Assembly (NCBI RefSeq): GCF_024521635.1
Contig: NW_026250403.1
Span: forward strand, 1,116,001-1,180,000
From: Tricharina praecox
Taxonomy: Eukaryota
Length of the DNA: 64,000 nucleotides
Direction of reading: 5' to 3'
The notes below the pieces were generated by a model that was not told where the DNA came from, did not search any database, and saw nothing but the letters and a program-made list of their open reading frames with translations. Shown in pieces: positions 61,794 through 64,000 of the stretch; the first letter of the stretch is position 1, and each line of letters starts with the position of its first letter. Both the position numbers and the translations under genes were made by a program.

Positions 61794-63459
61794 ATGGCAA
61801 CAAACGGCACACCAGCTCAGTACAGAGATCTGCTCCGCCAGAACTACGCCGCCGGGGAAAAGACCTACATCCTTACCCTCACCTTCCCGTCCATCGAAGA
61901 TTCCCTACCGCACCTTACACGGCTGAGCTATGGTACCGACATGTGGGAGCTCCGCGCCGACCTCCTCAGCTCTACCTCGCCGGCGTTTGTCTCGCAGCAG
62001 ATCAGTTTGCTGAGGGCAAACTCGGAGCTGCCGATACTGTTCACCGTGCGGACGGTTAGCCAAGGAGGGAAATTCCCGGATGAGATGGCTGTGGAGGCCC
62101 TGGAGCTGCTACAGCTAGCTGTGGAGGCTGGGTGCGACTATGTCGATGTCGAGACGAGCTGGCCGGTAGAGGCCGTCGATAAGCTGCGGCAGAACAAGGC
62201 GGATACAATCCTCGTGGCGAGTTGGACGGACCCCACCGGGGCCATCAGGTTGGAGGATGCAGTCCTGCAGGAGAAATACATCCAGGCGGAGAAGATTGGA
62301 GGTACGTAAAACACTTGTATTCCACCGAGCTTTATACAGTACTAATGAACGATCAGACATAGTGATGCTCAGCATCCTAGCCACAACCGAATACGACTCC
62401 CACGAGCTGGCACTATTCCTCCGCGACCACCGACAAAAGCACCACAAGCCACTGATCGCCATGGGATTGGGCACGCACGGGCAACTCTCACGAGTAGTCA
62501 GCCCAGTCTCATTCATTACGCACGCGCTCCTTCCGGGCGCCGGCGCCCCGGGGCAGATGAGTCTCGCGCAGATCCAGCAGAGCATGCACCTTCTGGGGCA
62601 GCTGCCGGCACGGAATTTTTTCATATTCGGCAACAACATAGCGCACTCGCTTTCACCAACACTTCACAACACGGCCTTCACGGAGCTGGGGCTTCCGCAC
62701 CACTACAGCATCCACGAGACCTTCGCCGTGGACGAGGGCGTGCGCGAGATCATGAGCCGCCCGGACTTCGGCGGTGCATCCGTCACCTTCCCGCACAAGC
62801 TGCAGATCGGCCAGTTCCTGCAGACCGAGTCAGCCGTTGCGCGTCTCATCGGCGCGGTCAACACCGTGCTGGTGCGCACGGGGAAAGACGGGTCCCGCCA
62901 GCTCGTCGGCGACAACACCGACTGGCTGGGGATCAAGTCCTGCATCGAGGTGAACTGGCCGGACGGTGGAACGGTCACCGCGCGCGCCGCAATCGTGATC
63001 GGCGCTGGCGGCGCCTCCCGCGCTGCGTGCTACGCCGTCCAACAACTCGGCGTAAAGACGCTCTACATGATCAACCGCACGCGCGCCAAGGCCGAAGCGC
63101 TGGCGGAGGACTTCCCCGCGCTCACGTTCGTGCACTACAGCAGCTTTGCGGAGTTCCCTGCGGCGGGCGCGGACCCCGCACCGAGTATCATTGTTGGCTG
63201 TGTTCCCGCCGATGACTTCGTCGAGGAGGATATTCCGTCCGCGATGTTTGCCGCGGTCGAGAACGGCGTGCTGGTCGAAATGGCGTATCGCCCCCTGGAA
63301 ACGGCCCTGATGAAACGGGGAAAGAGGTTCAACGGGTGGAAGATCACCCGTGGCGTCGATGTCCTCAAGGAACAGGCTTATCATCAGTTCCACATGTGGA
63401 CCGGACGTAGGGCACCCAAGAGGGTTATGGCGCAGGCGGTGGATGCGAAGGTTGGATAA
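61794..63459 (+). CDS. Two-domain type I dehydroquinase-like + shikimate dehydrogenase protein (resembles the AROM C-terminus)
   Basis: ATG at 61794; intron 62302..62356. DHQase-I motifs: ELRADLL, LFTVRTVSQGGKFP, YVDVE, GQLSRV, APGQ. SDH motifs: HSLSP, ASVTFPHK, GAVNT, GDNTDWLGI, GAGGASRA, NRT, EMAYRP, EQAYHQF. Confidence 0.88.
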
Positions 63460-64000
63460 CTAAGCTTTAGATAGAGGGATCACGTGTGTATTTGTATATA
63501 TGTAGCTCTGCGGCCGGAAATCAAGCTCGTCGTTGAATTCATCACGTTACGTGTGTGGTCGTGGTTGTGGAGTATGTATGTGGCGTAGCGGGGTTGACAG
63601 GCGGGAAGTTCTTAGCGCCCGCTGTACCGGGGGATGCGCAGCCCGGAGTTGAGTAGATCCACCACTAAGAAGCAGCGTTGCTCCGAAGAAGGCCGCCAGG
63701 CCGCACAGCCGTTGCCTACCAATTCACCAGCCTTTTCTTTACACATGTCTATAACGTAGCCTCGTAGCCTCACTATATTCTCCATCTAATTAACCACGAT
63801 CGAGTGTTCTGGATGAATCATGGATGGATGGCTATTGACCGTTTGTTTGAGATGCCGTCGATGCATGCAGCGATGGCATCAACTAGTGTAAAAACAGTGC
63901 TGCCGTCTTCAGCCGTTTTGACGATGTTGCCACCCCAAGGGATGCGTAACCTACGAGCGATGGGAGATGGGAGATGGTCATCGCTACTTAGGCATCAGAT

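Noticed and set aside
61794-63459. Calling this gene the pentafunctional AROM (aro1)
   Set aside because: DHQ synthase, EPSP synthase and shikimate kinase domains are absent, and a divergent gene starts about 350 bp upstream.

Overview
Filamentous-ascomycete nuclear DNA with short spliceosomal introns; family assignments come from motifs I recognise by eye, not from database searches. The left part (1-25.7 kb) is gene-poor. It holds the 3' part of a fungal Zn-cluster-type transcription factor, a PAP2 phosphatase and a BCS1-like AAA ATPase, separated by long non-coding tracts with transposon debris (MITE-like element, hAT remnant, tRNA-like Pol III element). The middle part (25.7-49 kb) is gene-dense: AYR1-like SDR, TRM7, SNF12/BAF60, an F-box protein, an RFTS + C2H2 (Raf2/DIM-7-like) protein, YEN1, SPT3, SNU23 and GPI1. 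The right part (49.6-63.5 kb) is a quinate-utilisation cluster: qutC, qutE, qutA, qutR, an intervening galactokinase, a QutB-like dehydrogenase and a type-I-dehydroquinase/shikimate-dehydrogenase fusion. Three observations stand out. (1) A four-exon, 90-codon, two-TM microprotein gene absent from the ORF track stops only 28 nt before the GPI1 start, suggesting a bicistronic or uORF arrangement with a possible alternatively spliced fusion. (2) The DHQase-SDH fusion has lost both catalytic residues of its dehydroquinase domain. (3) QA-1F/QutA-like 16-bp sites occur in all three divergent promoters of the cluster.
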